A stretch of 64,000 nucleotides of DNA from Methanobacteriota archaeon (GTDB lineage Archaea > Thermoplasmatota > Poseidoniia > Poseidoniales > Poseidoniaceae): contig PAJM01000043.1 in assembly GCA_002706065.1 (NCBI GenBank), positions 1,415 through 65,414 of the forward strand, in the 5' to 3' direction. Below are positions 27,935-38,080 of this stretch, one piece after another (position 1 is the first letter of the stretch; every line of letters starts with the position of its first letter). A program made the translations under genes and the position numbers. The notes under the pieces were generated by a model. It did not search any database, was not told where the DNA came from, and was given only the letters and a program-made list of their open reading frames with translations.

Positions 27935-29272
27935 TTGCAAGGATTGAACCATTCTAATGACGGTTTCAAACGGGGCTTGAGTGGCAATAAATGGACGTAA
28001 ATCAGGAACTCTTGCTGTTTGATGGCCGGCTTTTCTGAGTGCTTCGATAAGTTGTTCCATAGTCGGCAACGAACCAACATCTGCCAAACGTGGTAGTTGA
28101 TCAAATGCTAACAGGAGATGGTCGGCTGACAGAAGGGGGGCTGCATCTGAGATGTGGCGAACAGATCTGCGAATTTCTCGTTCAGCATAGAGTTGGTCAG
28201 CCTCACTCCACTCCAAGCCCAGTCCAATTCCCCGCTTGATATCACTGTCTTTGGCGAGGCAACTCTCAACCGCAGCTTCTTCGGTCAGCCGGGAACAAAT
28301 TGCTTCATCCCAAATTGGTCCAATCCACATTGGGCCACTCGATTGTTCCAGTTCGTCACTGGAGGGATGCTTCACAAATTTGTAGGGTCTTTCATCGGTT
28401 CGAACTCTCCAACCCATCTGTTCACTGGTTTTGTCGGCTCCCTGCTTGCTTTTTCGAACGAGAACAGAAACACGCACATGATGCCCATCAAAGAGGGCGA
28501 GAATTGGCTCAATAGCCCGATCAAGCTGTGCCGCTCTTGTTGCAATCGTTCCCAGCAATACACGAACAGCATCATCATGGGCATACAGATCAACAATCCC
28601 CTTGTGTCCATACCGTCGCCTTCCAGAGGTTGCAGAAGAACCAGTTAACGCAGCAGTATCGGTAGCGGTTACCTCGAGGACACCCACTCGTCCAAGTGCT
28701 TGAATTGCTCCATCAATGAATGAAATTGGTGAACCAAATGGATCAATATCAACCCATTGAAAGGACCCCTGAACCATTGCCAAACGAGCATCATAGCGCT
28801 GAAAATGTATCTTGTTCTTCTCGATAAAGTCGGGCTGGTTTTGTTCGTCATCAAGTGCTGGTATCCCTTCAACAGAGACATCTGAATCGGTCGACCGTAT
28901 TGCCCATTCCAAGGCCTCAGCATCGAGGTCATTCGCAGTAATGTGAAGTCGTGATTGGAGATCTGGGTGAATTTCATTTCGCCATCGTCGCACACGAATT
29001 CCGGTAGCACATAACGCATCTAATGCACGAATGGGCCCTTCGCCACTAAGCCAACCATGCTCCAATGCGTCCTCAAGCAAAAGGACTGAACGAGTACGAG
29101 CAGGTGCCATTGCAGGATTCATGAATCCCGTCCCAGATTTTGCCGCGGGCCCTCTCGGCATGTGAGTAGGGCGCTGCTGGGTCTCTTTGAGATGGACAAT
29201 AGTGCGGCCTTCCAGCCAAAGATGTCCTGGCCAGCCTTCAGGAACATCGGGCCCTGAATATGCGTCGCTCAT
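27923..29272 (-). CDS. trm1: tRNA (guanine26-N2)-dimethyltransferase
   Basis: LEGRTIVHL ... FMNPAMAPARTRSV ... ALDALCATGIRVRRW ... WVDIDPFGSPISFIDGAIQAL (Trm1 DPFGSP motif). I prefer ATG 29272. The alternative TTG 29314 overlaps the purM stop. Confidence 0.85.
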   Translation of the reverse strand: MSDAYSGPDVPEGWPGHLWLEGRTIVHLKETQQRPTHMPRGPAAKSGTGFMNPAMAPARTRSVLLLEDALEHGWLSGEGPIRALDALCATGIRVRRWRNEIHPDLQSRLHITANDLDAEALEWAIRSTDSDVSVEGIPALDDEQNQPDFIEKNKIHFQRYDARLAMVQGSFQWVDIDPFGSPISFIDGAIQALGRVGVLEVTATDTAALTGSSATSGRRRYGHKGIVDLYAHDDAVRVLLGTIATRAAQLDRAIEPILALFDGHHVRVSVLVRKSKQGADKTSEQMGWRVRTDERPYKFVKHPSSDELEQSSGPMWIGPIWDEAICSRLTEEAAVESCLAKDSDIKRGIGLGLEWSEADQLYAEREIRRSVRHISDAAPLLSADHLLLAFDQLPRLADVGSLPTMEQLIEALRKAGHQTARVPDLRPFIATQAPFETVIRMVQSLQSTK

Positions 29273-29310
29273 GTTGGGACGAGAAGATTCCTGTTCTTGA
29301 CCACACCGCT

Positions 29311-30429
29311 TCAATAGTGCTTGTAGAAAATTTCAGAATTTACGTGGGTAACTTTGTGACCATGGTCGTTGACATGGCCAATAATGGCGGCTGTTGCCTC
29401 GAACTGTTGAACGAATGATAGGATGCTCTCAGCGTGTTCTTGCTCAACAGCTAAAACCATGCCTAAGCCCATATTGAAGGTTCGATGCATCTCGACATCA
29501 GTCACATTTCCTTCGACTTGCAACCACGTAAATTCTGGAGGGATTGGCATCGGTGAATCGATGTGCCATCCGAGTTGATCATGCAATCGCAACAAGTTGG
29601 ACAATCCCCCGCCGGTGATGTGAGCGATACCATGAACGGCATGAACCGAACCAAGAGATTCTTTCAAGTGCTTCAACAAACCAATCACTGGGGCGCAGTA
29701 AATTTTGGTTGGAATCAGCAGGACATCAGCAAGAGTAGCATTCTCACCGAATGCTCTGCCTGTAAAGGCTGGGTTGAATGGACATGAATCGGTGTAGGTA
29801 AGACCGATGCGATTGATGATGCTTCGAACCAAAGAAAAGCCATTTGAGTGAATACCAGATGATGGCAGTCCAATCAACACATCTCCTGATTTTAGGCGCT
29901 CGCCGGTGATGGCCGAATCCTTGTCGAGAAAGCCCAATGCAGTACCGGACAAATCGAGCTCGGTGACAATACCAGGAAGTGAAGCAGTTTCACCGCCAGC
30001 TAATGTGACATTGGCCAACTCACATGCCTTCGCAAGCGAGGCTCCGACAGCGGCATGAACTTCTGGATCTGGTTTTGGTACGGCGATATAATCGACGAAA
30101 GCGATGGGTTCTGCACCGACACACAATAGGTCATTGACGTTCATGGCCATACAATCGATTCCAACGCTATCCCAATTGCTCACTGCGGTTGCAATCTGAA
30201 GTTTACTTCCGACCCCATCAGTCGCCAGAGCCAAGAGGTGATTTCCAAATTCAATCAATCCTCCAAAACCACCCGGAAGATCAACCGGTGCACCCGGCGT
30301 ACCTGGTTTTCGTGTTGAACGTTGTAGCGAACCAATGAGGGAAGCGACAGCGGCCCCTTCAAGATCGATATCAACACCGCTTGAGGCGTAATCCATCGGG
30401 TCGCTCATGTATTTTCCAATGCGAGACAA
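29311..30429 (-). CDS. purM: Phosphoribosylformylglycinamidine cyclo-ligase (AIR synthetase)
   Basis: YASSGVDIDLEG, GGFGGL, LALATDGVGSKLQIA, GIDCMAMNVNDLLCVGAEPIAFVDYIA, LAGGETASLP, PSSGIHSNGFSLVR. The start could instead be ATG 30408. Confidence 0.92.
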   Translation of the reverse strand: MSRIGKYMSDPMDYASSGVDIDLEGAAVASLIGSLQRSTRKPGTPGAPVDLPGGFGGLIEFGNHLLALATDGVGSKLQIATAVSNWDSVGIDCMAMNVNDLLCVGAEPIAFVDYIAVPKPDPEVHAAVGASLAKACELANVTLAGGETASLPGIVTELDLSGTALGFLDKDSAITGERLKSGDVLIGLPSSGIHSNGFSLVRSIINRIGLTYTDSCPFNPAFTGRAFGENATLADVLLIPTKIYCAPVIGLLKHLKESLGSVHAVHGIAHITGGGLSNLLRLHDQLGWHIDSPMPIPPEFTWLQVEGNVTDVEMHRTFNMGLGMVLAVEQEHAESILSFVQQFEATAAIIGHVNDHGHKVTHVNSEIFYKHY

Positions 30430-30430
30430 T

Positions 30431-30943
30431 TCATGAATGAATCGTATCGCCAGCCAACAATCGTGCGGCGCTCACAATCTCATCATGGGAGCCTGCAAGA
30501 CGATGGCCATCGCTCACTTGATGGAACACGACAATGTCCTTTCCAGAACGTTCCGCATATTCGATGCTGCATGCGATTGGAACGATGTCATCGGCAATGC
30601 CATGAACAATCGCAGTGTTCAAGCCTTGAGGTGTCACCAGCACAGTCTCATCATCGACAGGCAGTTCCTTGAGGTGAAGCGCTGGTGCACACAAGAGTAG
30701 TCCATGAAATGCCTGCGGCATACGCATTGCAATGAGAGCAGCTGTAAGTCCGCCGTAACTCGAGCCAGCAAGAATTGGACGAGTACCACGATGCTCTTCG
30801 CAGACACTTGCAAGCAACTCCACGCGCTCCTGCAGATTCATGCCTTGGAAATCTGGCGCAAGAACCTCAAAACCAGCCTGTCGAAGCGATCGAATTTTGC
30901 TCCCGTTTGGAGTGCCTTCCAGTCCATGTGCAAAGATAATCAT
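30431..30943 (-). CDS. Small alpha/beta-hydrolase (YqiA-like esterase)
   Basis: MIIFAHGLEG. Nucleophile elbow AGSSYGG. IVHGIADDIVP (Asp). SDGHRL (His). Confidence 0.7.
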   Translation of the reverse strand: MIIFAHGLEGTPNGSKIRSLRQAGFEVLAPDFQGMNLQERVELLASVCEEHRGTRPILAGSSYGGLTAALIAMRMPQAFHGLLLCAPALHLKELPVDDETVLVTPQGLNTAIVHGIADDIVPIACSIEYAERSGKDIVVFHQVSDGHRLAGSHDEIVSAARLLAGDTIHS

Positions 30944-31125
30944 AGCAATTCCTCGAGTTCGCTAACTATGAACTTATTGAGGCCGGCGCTTTTCCACTGG
31001 CTGCAAAGGAAGTCGAAAAGGGAGGTATGAATCGATGCAAAACTCCAGTGGAAACGAAGGGGAGTTGAAGAAACAATGGAACCATTAAGAACGGTGGCCT
31101 TCCATGTGGAATTCCTTGGTGTGGT

Positions 31126-33246
31126 GTGTGGATGATTCAAGATTTTGATTTGACGGCGCGATGGTCAACACTTCTACATGCACACTTCACGGAAGATGTT
31201 CACAACGTTGCACAACTTTGGCCAGACGTTCAGAGCCTTGAAGTTTCATATCGGACGATCGAAGGATTCGATCCGACGTTTGCACAGAGCATTCTTGAGC
31301 AACCAGACTTGCACGACAACGCATCGAATCGAGCACTGCGTGAATTGCTGGCAGATGTGGGACACGGTACAATCAATCCATGGGTTAGAATAATCCATTT
31401 GCCAAGTGACCAAGTCCGCACTGTCTCACAACTGCGCTCCGATGACATTGGTCTCATGATTTCGATCGATGCCGTAGTTACGAAGATTTCAGGTGTACGT
31501 CCAAGAATGTATTCTGCGACGTTCAAGTGCGCTGCTTGTGAACACCTCATCACAATACAGCAGCCAAACGAACAGGAACTCATCAATCCAATGGAGTGTT
31601 CCCAGATTGATGGAGGATGCGGTTTGACGAATCGCCAATCTCGATTTCACTTACTCCAGGAACGCTCAACACTCACAAACTCGCAATTCATCGAATTACA
31701 GGAACTCCCTGAACAGGTTCGTGGTGGAGTTCAACCCGAGCGAATTTCCTGTATTGCTGAACATGACCTTACAGGTAAAGTCAATCCTGGCGATCGTGTC
31801 AAAGCAAACGGTGTTTTGTTCATCCGATCGCAGCGCAAGTTTGGAAAGGACACACCAGTGTTCGATATTTTCATGCGTGTCCAATCACTTGAACGCCAGA
31901 ATCTTGCCCTTGAAGAGATCGTCGTATCCGATGAAGAAGAGGCAGAGATTCGCGCTTTTGCAGCAGATCAAGACGTTTACAAGCGCATTTCTGAATCGAT
32001 TGCTCCGTCAATCTTTGGTATGGAGAAAATCAAAGAAACACTGATGTTGCAATTGTTTGGAGGCGTTGCTCGGCTCAATCCCGACGGAACTCGAAACCGA
32101 GGAGACATCCATATTCTCCTCATGGGAGACCCAGGTGTCGCAAAATCGCAACTTCTCGCATACATGGGGAACATTTCACCACGTGGCCGATTTACATCGG
32201 GTATGTCCGCATCCGCTGCTGGATTGACAGCAGCCGCAGTCCAAGATGCAAGTGCGGATGGACGGTGGACGTTGGAAGCAGGTGCACTTGTTCTTGCAGA
32301 TCAGGGATTGGCTGCAATCGATGAATTCGACAAGATGAATCAATCGGATCGCTCCAGCATGCACGAAGCGATGGAACAGCAAACAATCTCGATTTCAAAG
32401 GCCGGAATCAACGCAAGTTTGCGTACACGATGTGCAGTTCTAGCCGCAGCGAACCCAAAAGCTGGTCGCTTCCAACCGGTCTCTGAGGTGCCATTTACCG
32501 GACAAATCAATCTCGCTCCACCGCTTATTTCCCGTTTTGATGTCATTTGGTTGTTGACAGATCAACCCTCTGAGGCGAAGGATGCAAAGATTGCTGGCCA
32601 TATTGTCGACAACAGATTGTCCGGAACCAGCGAATTATTGGTCAACGAAGGATCGAGACCCGATCCACGTAAACTCAGTTATGTTATGACCAAACCAAGT
32701 AACTCCGACGGGTATCTCCACAGAGAATTCATCCGAAAGTACGTCGCTTATGCGAAGCGAACGGTCCATCCAAATTTGGACGAAGAGGCGAAGAAACACA
32801 TCATCGATTATTACGTGAAGACCAGAAAGCAGTCGGGAGAATTTCAGGATTCCGTAGCAATCACAGCACGTGCACTTGAGGCATTAGCACGTCTCGCTGA
32901 GGCGAGTGCTCGCATTCGTTTGGAGGAAGTTGCCACGATTCAAGATGCTGAGCGGGCTGTACGTTTGACCAAGACATGGCGATACGATCTCATGGGAGAG
33001 AATTTCGATGAAACGGCCATTGCTTCCAATCAGAAAGGAAAAGCACGCCATGCAGAGCGGAGCATTCTCGACATCGTTGCACGTCTTTCAGCAAATGGAG
33101 AAGGGTTCGCACAACTCGTTGACGTTCTTAATGAGGCCGAACGGGTTGACATTTCCAGAGAAAAGGCAGAGGAAGTGATCGACAAACTCAATCAAAACGG
33201 GCGTCTCATGCGACCTACCGGCTATGATACCTTACAAATTGTTTAG
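31126..33246 (+). CDS. mcm: MCM replicative helicase
   Basis: Zn motif CAACEHL...C...GGC. Walker A LLMGDPGVAKSQLL. Walker B AAIDEFDKM. Sensor/Arg-finger SRFDVIWLL. 706 aa with no intein-sized insertion. Start is GTG 31126 or ATG 31132. Confidence 0.95.
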   Translation: MWMIQDFDLTARWSTLLHAHFTEDVHNVAQLWPDVQSLEVSYRTIEGFDPTFAQSILEQPDLHDNASNRALRELLADVGHGTINPWVRIIHLPSDQVRTVSQLRSDDIGLMISIDAVVTKISGVRPRMYSATFKCAACEHLITIQQPNEQELINPMECSQIDGGCGLTNRQSRFHLLQERSTLTNSQFIELQELPEQVRGGVQPERISCIAEHDLTGKVNPGDRVKANGVLFIRSQRKFGKDTPVFDIFMRVQSLERQNLALEEIVVSDEEEAEIRAFAADQDVYKRISESIAPSIFGMEKIKETLMLQLFGGVARLNPDGTRNRGDIHILLMGDPGVAKSQLLAYMGNISPRGRFTSGMSASAAGLTAAAVQDASADGRWTLEAGALVLADQGLAAIDEFDKMNQSDRSSMHEAMEQQTISISKAGINASLRTRCAVLAAANPKAGRFQPVSEVPFTGQINLAPPLISRFDVIWLLTDQPSEAKDAKIAGHIVDNRLSGTSELLVNEGSRPDPRKLSYVMTKPSNSDGYLHREFIRKYVAYAKRTVHPNLDEEAKKHIIDYYVKTRKQSGEFQDSVAITARALEALARLAEASARIRLEEVATIQDAERAVRLTKTWRYDLMGENFDETAIASNQKGKARHAERSILDIVARLSANGEGFAQLVDVLNEAERVDISREKAEEVIDKLNQNGRLMRPTGYDTLQIV

Positions 33247-33269
33247 GCCCGAAGCAATCAACTCATGAA

Positions 33270-35321
33270 GTGGAGATGCTTCGGAAGACTATGGCAGATG
33301 CTGTGCGTCAGGAACCTGAGGGTGATGTGACGGATGCATCGACCTTCGACACAAAACAGTTAGGTTTCATGTGCGGTATCGAAGTGCATCAACAACTTGC
33401 AACCGGCAAACTGCATTCCCGACAACCCTCCGTGTTGTACGACGTCACCATTGATACTGTGCCGGAAGATTGGCCTCGTTACGCTCGAAAACTCCGTTTG
33501 GCGAGTGGTGAAGGCGGTAAAGTCGACGTTGCTGCACGATTTGAAAAGAGACGCAACCGCTCATTCGTCTACATTCAATCTCCGAATTCAGGATTGATTG
33601 AGCTTGATGAAAGTCCTCCATTATCGCATGATGCGGATGCTATGGATGTTGCGCTGACGGTCTCAGCCATGCTTCAAGCCAATCCAGTGGGAGCGGTTCA
33701 AACGATGCGAAAGACGGTGGTTGATGGTTCAAACACAAGTGGATTTCAACGCACATCGTTGATCTCTACGGGAGGCGTGTTGGTAACAGATACAGGAGAC
33801 GTTGGAATCGACGTGCTCTGTTTGGAGGAAGACAGCGCACGAAAACTCGACAGTTTGCCTACAACAAATGGAGAGCAGGTGATTTACAATCTTGACCGGC
33901 TCGGTGTACCGTTGATTGAAATTGCAACTTCACCGGACATTCAATCGCCAGAACATGCCAAGGAGACTGCAAAAGCACTCGGGAGGACACTTAGGGACAC
34001 CCGCCGCGTTCGCCGTGGGCTTGGTTCAATACGTCAAGATCTCAACGTTAGCGTAGCATGCGGGGACCGAGTTGAAATCAAAGGGTGTCAGGATCTTGCT
34101 TGGATTCCACGAATTGTACGTCTGGAAATGGTTCGTCAAGTGCACATGTATCGTCTTGCAAACGAACTACGTTCAGATCTGAATCTACCACCACTTCCTC
34201 CGAATCGAGAGTTGGATGACGATGCAGTTGAATCAGCGGTTGCAAAAGCAGCCTCGAATCACATTCCATTGATGTGTACAGATGTTACCTCTGCTTTCAC
34301 GTCTTGTGAAAGCCGGATGGTCAGGGATGGACTTGACCAAGGGTTCACTATGATCGCTCTCCCACTCAAAGGATTTGATGGTAAGATTGGTTCAAAAACG
34401 ATGGATGCAGAAGGTGCTCAACTACCTCGACTCGGTCGAGAACTTGCTGGGGCTGCAAAACTCGCAGGTGTTCGCGGTGTCTTCCATTCGGATGAACTTC
34501 CAGCCTATGGAATCGAGGAAAATCATGTCCAACAGGTTCGAAGTGTATTGGACCTTGATTCAAAGGACGCCTTCGTTCTCTGTCTTGCACCTGATTGGCA
34601 AGCGCACTTAGCTCTCGAATCTGTGGGCCAACGTGCTCGAAAGGCATTCCATCGAATCCCACAAGAAGTCCGTAATGTCGTCATCAAAAAAGGAGCGCCA
34701 GATGATGGGACTACGACACCCATGCGTCCACTTCCCGGTGGTGCTCGAATGTATCCCGAGACGGACGTCCCAACTATCCTCGTAACCGAGGATCACTGGA
34801 AGCGAACGATTGAGAATCTCCCCATGCGACAAGAGGAACGTATGGAACGACTCAAGGAAACTGAACTTTCCGAAGATCAGTGCAAACAACTGCTTTCCAG
34901 AGAACTTGATGATGTATTCTTCGATACTCATTCGACAAAAAGTAAAGCTTGGGCGACCATGCTTCTCGAGTACGAATCCGTTCATCCCGAGGTCTTGTCT
35001 TGCATTCTTTCCGTCCGAGAGAATGGAGGTCTTACGCGTGAAAGTATTGAACAGACGGTGGAACATTTCGCTCAGAGTAGACACGTTTCTACCCAAGAAA
35101 TCCAAACCTTTTCCGAAGAACATGGGCTCGTTCCTGCTGATGTAGGTGATCTCGAATCGATTGTGGAACAACTTGTTCTCGAACGTCTCGATTTCGTAAA
35201 AGAGCGAGGTATGGGGGCAATGGGGCCGCTCATGGGTGTTGTAATGGGCGCTTGTCCAGGAGTTGATGGAAAAGAAGTCAGCGCTGTTCTGCGGACCATT
35301 ATCCAGAGGCATTCACAATGA
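33270..35321 (+). CDS. gatE: Glutamyl-tRNA(Gln) amidotransferase subunit E
   Basis: GFMCGIEVHQQLATGKLH, GLIELDESPP, NTSGFQRT, GVPLIEIATSPDI, RQDLNVSV and the GatB/YqeY-like C-terminal tail. 683 aa. Confidence 0.9.
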   Translation: MEMLRKTMADAVRQEPEGDVTDASTFDTKQLGFMCGIEVHQQLATGKLHSRQPSVLYDVTIDTVPEDWPRYARKLRLASGEGGKVDVAARFEKRRNRSFVYIQSPNSGLIELDESPPLSHDADAMDVALTVSAMLQANPVGAVQTMRKTVVDGSNTSGFQRTSLISTGGVLVTDTGDVGIDVLCLEEDSARKLDSLPTTNGEQVIYNLDRLGVPLIEIATSPDIQSPEHAKETAKALGRTLRDTRRVRRGLGSIRQDLNVSVACGDRVEIKGCQDLAWIPRIVRLEMVRQVHMYRLANELRSDLNLPPLPPNRELDDDAVESAVAKAASNHIPLMCTDVTSAFTSCESRMVRDGLDQGFTMIALPLKGFDGKIGSKTMDAEGAQLPRLGRELAGAAKLAGVRGVFHSDELPAYGIEENHVQQVRSVLDLDSKDAFVLCLAPDWQAHLALESVGQRARKAFHRIPQEVRNVVIKKGAPDDGTTTPMRPLPGGARMYPETDVPTILVTEDHWKRTIENLPMRQEERMERLKETELSEDQCKQLLSRELDDVFFDTHSTKSKAWATMLLEYESVHPEVLSCILSVRENGGLTRESIEQTVEHFAQSRHVSTQEIQTFSEEHGLVPADVGDLESIVEQLVLERLDFVKERGMGAMGPLMGVVMGACPGVDGKEVSAVLRTIIQRHSQ

Positions 35322-36940
35322 GAATTCCTGTGGTTCTCGTTCTCATATTGTTGACTCTTCCGTTTGCTCAGGCTTCCTCTGAATCGTCATGGAATCATGA
35401 ATTTGAATCTGGTTATATTTCCACAAAACCACTCATCATCGAAGATTCTGTGTACGTACGAATTTCGGGATTTTGGACCGGTGAAGAGCGGCCTATTGTC
35501 GCCGCGTTTGAACTTCAGAGCGGGAACGAACGTTGGAGATACACTTCCCAAACATCGCTTCAACACGACTTGACTCCACTTCTCTTCGTCGAACAAGGAA
35601 GTGGAGATTGTGGCCAATGGGACGAGTTCCTCATCGTTGGTTGGGCAGACGGTAAAATCACGGCCCACTCCCCCGTGAACGGTTCTGTTGTATGGGAGCA
35701 TCAAACCGAGGTCGACGTTCTCGGTATCACCGGCCGAATGGCGCTGGAAGGTGATCGTGTGGTCGTCCCGACACGGCTTGGGCTCTCGGAACTTTGTCTT
35801 GCTAACGGTAGTGAATTACTGGACATCAATACTGGTAATATTGGTTGGAGGAATGGCGTCACCATCACAGATCGGGGGTATGTCTTTGGGGATGAATTGG
35901 GTTTCCTTCACGAAGTGAACCGCAATGGAACGGTCTCGAGTACATATCTCGGGGAGGGAAAAATTCGACATGCACCAATTGACACTCGGCATGGTTTGTT
36001 TGTCCATTTGCAAACCTCGGAAGGATCAACAATGTATCTCAATGGTTCAATCATTGGCAATGTTGGCCACTCTCCTGCAATTCCAATCCTTCATGAAGAT
36101 CGAATCTACGCTGCAACCAGCGATGAGTGGATTTCAATTCTCTGTCATGAACAAACATGTGAAATCAACTCAACTCTGCCGTTCCACTCAAATGGCGAAT
36201 TGGCAGTTCACATTGCTGATTCAGGGGTTGAAGTTTGGGCTCAATCGAACACCCCAGCTGGAGGCTGGGGTGTTTTCAATCAAACCACTCTCCTTCGAAT
36301 GGAAACCACCTCATTCGACACTTACGGAACTGCAGCCCCGGGTTTTGGCAATGGTGCGATAGCGTTGGGCAATGATGCAGGACTACTCTTCGTAACGTTT
36401 CAATCAACAACTGAATCGAAACCCTCGATAACATCTGACACGAATCCGTTCAAAACCGTTCATTATGTTCTTATTCTTCTGTTCTTTTTCTTGACCTGCG
36501 CCTCATTTGCTGTTCAAGATTTGAAACGAATGGCGAAGATTGGCTCGACGTTTCTACTGCTCGTAGCACTTGCGGCCGTTCCCGAATTGTCGATTAAGGT
36601 TGCAGAACAAACAGCACCAGATGGTGAAGTTGAATGGAACAACTCATGGCCGGATGAGTGGAAAGGAACCCAAATCATCCTGTTCGAAATCGACGGAGAA
36701 GAACAGGTCATCGGAGGGTTAGAGGCGCAAGATACGGTTTACGAGCTGACGGTATTGGCCTGCGAGGAATTGAACATTACAACTGAGATTGAACAGCAAT
36801 ATCTTGGTGCATATCTGGTGTCATTCAATGGGATGGTGGGAGACGGTTGGGAATTCACAATTGATGGCAAGAGAGTCCCCGTGGGCATGGCTGTAGCTGA
36901 ACTTGATGATGTATCAATTGTTGAATGGCGACCTGTTTGA
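35318..36940 (+). CDS. Secreted PQQ/BamB-like beta-propeller protein with two TM segments and C-terminal DUF4430-like domain
   Basis: ATGA overlap with the gatE stop. Signal peptide VVLVLILLTLPFAQA. Repeated G..(V/E)W motifs (GNERWRY, GSVVWEH, GNIGWRN). C-terminal YLVSFNGMVGDGWEFTIDGKRVPVGMAVAELDDVSIVEW matches the DUF4430 pattern (..ing...gW.y.vNG......y.l.dgD.i.w). Confidence 0.65.
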   Translation: MRIPVVLVLILLTLPFAQASSESSWNHEFESGYISTKPLIIEDSVYVRISGFWTGEERPIVAAFELQSGNERWRYTSQTSLQHDLTPLLFVEQGSGDCGQWDEFLIVGWADGKITAHSPVNGSVVWEHQTEVDVLGITGRMALEGDRVVVPTRLGLSELCLANGSELLDINTGNIGWRNGVTITDRGYVFGDELGFLHEVNRNGTVSSTYLGEGKIRHAPIDTRHGLFVHLQTSEGSTMYLNGSIIGNVGHSPAIPILHEDRIYAATSDEWISILCHEQTCEINSTLPFHSNGELAVHIADSGVEVWAQSNTPAGGWGVFNQTTLLRMETTSFDTYGTAAPGFGNGAIALGNDAGLLFVTFQSTTESKPSITSDTNPFKTVHYVLILLFFFLTCASFAVQDLKRMAKIGSTFLLLVALAAVPELSIKVAEQTAPDGEVEWNNSWPDEWKGTQIILFEIDGEEQVIGGLEAQDTVYELTVLACEELNITTEIEQQYLGAYLVSFNGMVGDGWEFTIDGKRVPVGMAVAELDDVSIVEWRPV

Positions 36941-36978
36941 GCGGTAAGACTCAAGGCTCACCGCCAAGTCGGAGGAGT

Positions 36979-37638
36979 ATGATGAGCGCGATAGGTACGC
37001 ACGGGCCTACTGTCTCACCTGCTGTGATGCTTCTGCTGAATGTAGCACTCTTCTCCGTTGCAATTTGGCTGTTGGTCAAACCACAGTACAAGAACGAAAC
37101 ATGGTTGTGGCCCTTGCTCATGTTCGTTGGGCTTGCTGCAGGTGGTCGTGTTGCGTTGGGTTTTATTCCAAACGTTATGCCTGTGACGATCATGGCTCTG
37201 TTGGTTGGCTCAAAATTTGGAGCCCAACGAGGCATTGCCTTCGTGATTCTTGTTACGCTCCTCAGTAATGCAGTCCTCGGACATGGATGGTGGAGTCTGT
37301 TCCAAATTCTTGGATGGGGTTCAGTCGCTGTTGTCGCATCAGGAATTCGGGTTCACGATGATGAGAACAGGCTTTCAATGAATCGTCTTACTGTTGCATC
37401 GCTGTGGAGTGTCCCGATTTTCAGTATCATTGTCTCACTCTCGATCATTGATTCAGGAATGACAGTAACAGGATTTGGCATCTACCTCATCAATGGAGTT
37501 CTCTTCGATGTACTCCACGTCTTAGGGAATGTCTTCTTTGCCATGTGGTTTGGTCATTGGTTTGATCGATTGTTAGATATGAACCAGCCGCAACAACACC
37601 TCGTCCAAGAGGAGAATGAGCATGTCAGCACTTTCTGA
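36979..37638 (+). CDS. Polytopic membrane protein, ECF-transporter S-component-like
   Basis: GGAGGAG at 36971-36977 precedes ATG 36979. The segment PVTIMALLVGSKFGAQRGIAFVILVTLLSNAVLGHGWWSLFQILGWGSVAVVASG resembles the S-component core (P...il.G...G...G......l.s.l..G.G.w...q...wg..G). Confidence 0.5.
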   Translation: MMSAIGTHGPTVSPAVMLLLNVALFSVAIWLLVKPQYKNETWLWPLLMFVGLAAGGRVALGFIPNVMPVTIMALLVGSKFGAQRGIAFVILVTLLSNAVLGHGWWSLFQILGWGSVAVVASGIRVHDDENRLSMNRLTVASLWSVPIFSIIVSLSIIDSGMTVTGFGIYLINGVLFDVLHVLGNVFFAMWFGHWFDRLLDMNQPQQHLVQEENEHVSTF

Positions 37639-37648
37639 TCCGCCAACC

Positions 37649-37993
37649 ATGGCCTTTCTCTGCCGGGTTGATCTTCAACTTTCAACCGGAAAGCTCGCCG
37701 TTCAATGTGCACATGCTGCTGTTGAATCGTTGCAACGGGCGAAGAAAACGCATTCAAGGATGGTTCAACGGTGGAACGAATCGGCATCTCGTAAAGTCTG
37801 TCTCGCTGTTGAGGATGAAGCCGAATTGGAGCATTTTCTTCAATTGGTTCAAGAAGCATCTTTGCCGTTCGCCGTCGTTCAGGATGCTGGATTAACAGAG
37901 GTAGCACCAGGAACTGTCACCGTACTCGGTGTCGGCCCCGGACCACGTCATACAATGGATTCATTGTTCCGTAATCTACAGGCATATGAATGA
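37649..37993 (+). CDS. pth2: Archaeal-type peptidyl-tRNA hydrolase, divergent paralog
   Basis: GKLAVQCAHAAV, W...ASRKVCLAVEDEAEL, VVQDAGLTEVAPGTVTVLGVGP. The start could be ATG 37616. The C-terminus LQAYE replaces the usual LKLL. Confidence 0.8.
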   Translation: MAFLCRVDLQLSTGKLAVQCAHAAVESLQRAKKTHSRMVQRWNESASRKVCLAVEDEAELEHFLQLVQEASLPFAVVQDAGLTEVAPGTVTVLGVGPGPRHTMDSLFRNLQAYE

Positions 37994-38080
37994 GGTGATA
38001 GAGTGGGGTTTCGAAGTTTCCTTCACCGAATTACCGCCCCCAAATTTGAGCGCTTCGTATCGAGCAGCCAACCGCTCAAG

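Noticed and set aside
31027-31068. 13-codon uORF (MNRCKTPVETKGS) after GGGAGGT in the hydrolase/MCM intergenic region
   Set aside because: The SD-like element abuts the ATG with essentially no spacer. The peptide has no features and there is no way to support it from sequence alone.
34608-35312. 234-aa minus-strand ORF inside gatE
   Set aside because: It lies entirely antisense to a confidently identified GatE. It shows no recognisable motif and has atypical composition.
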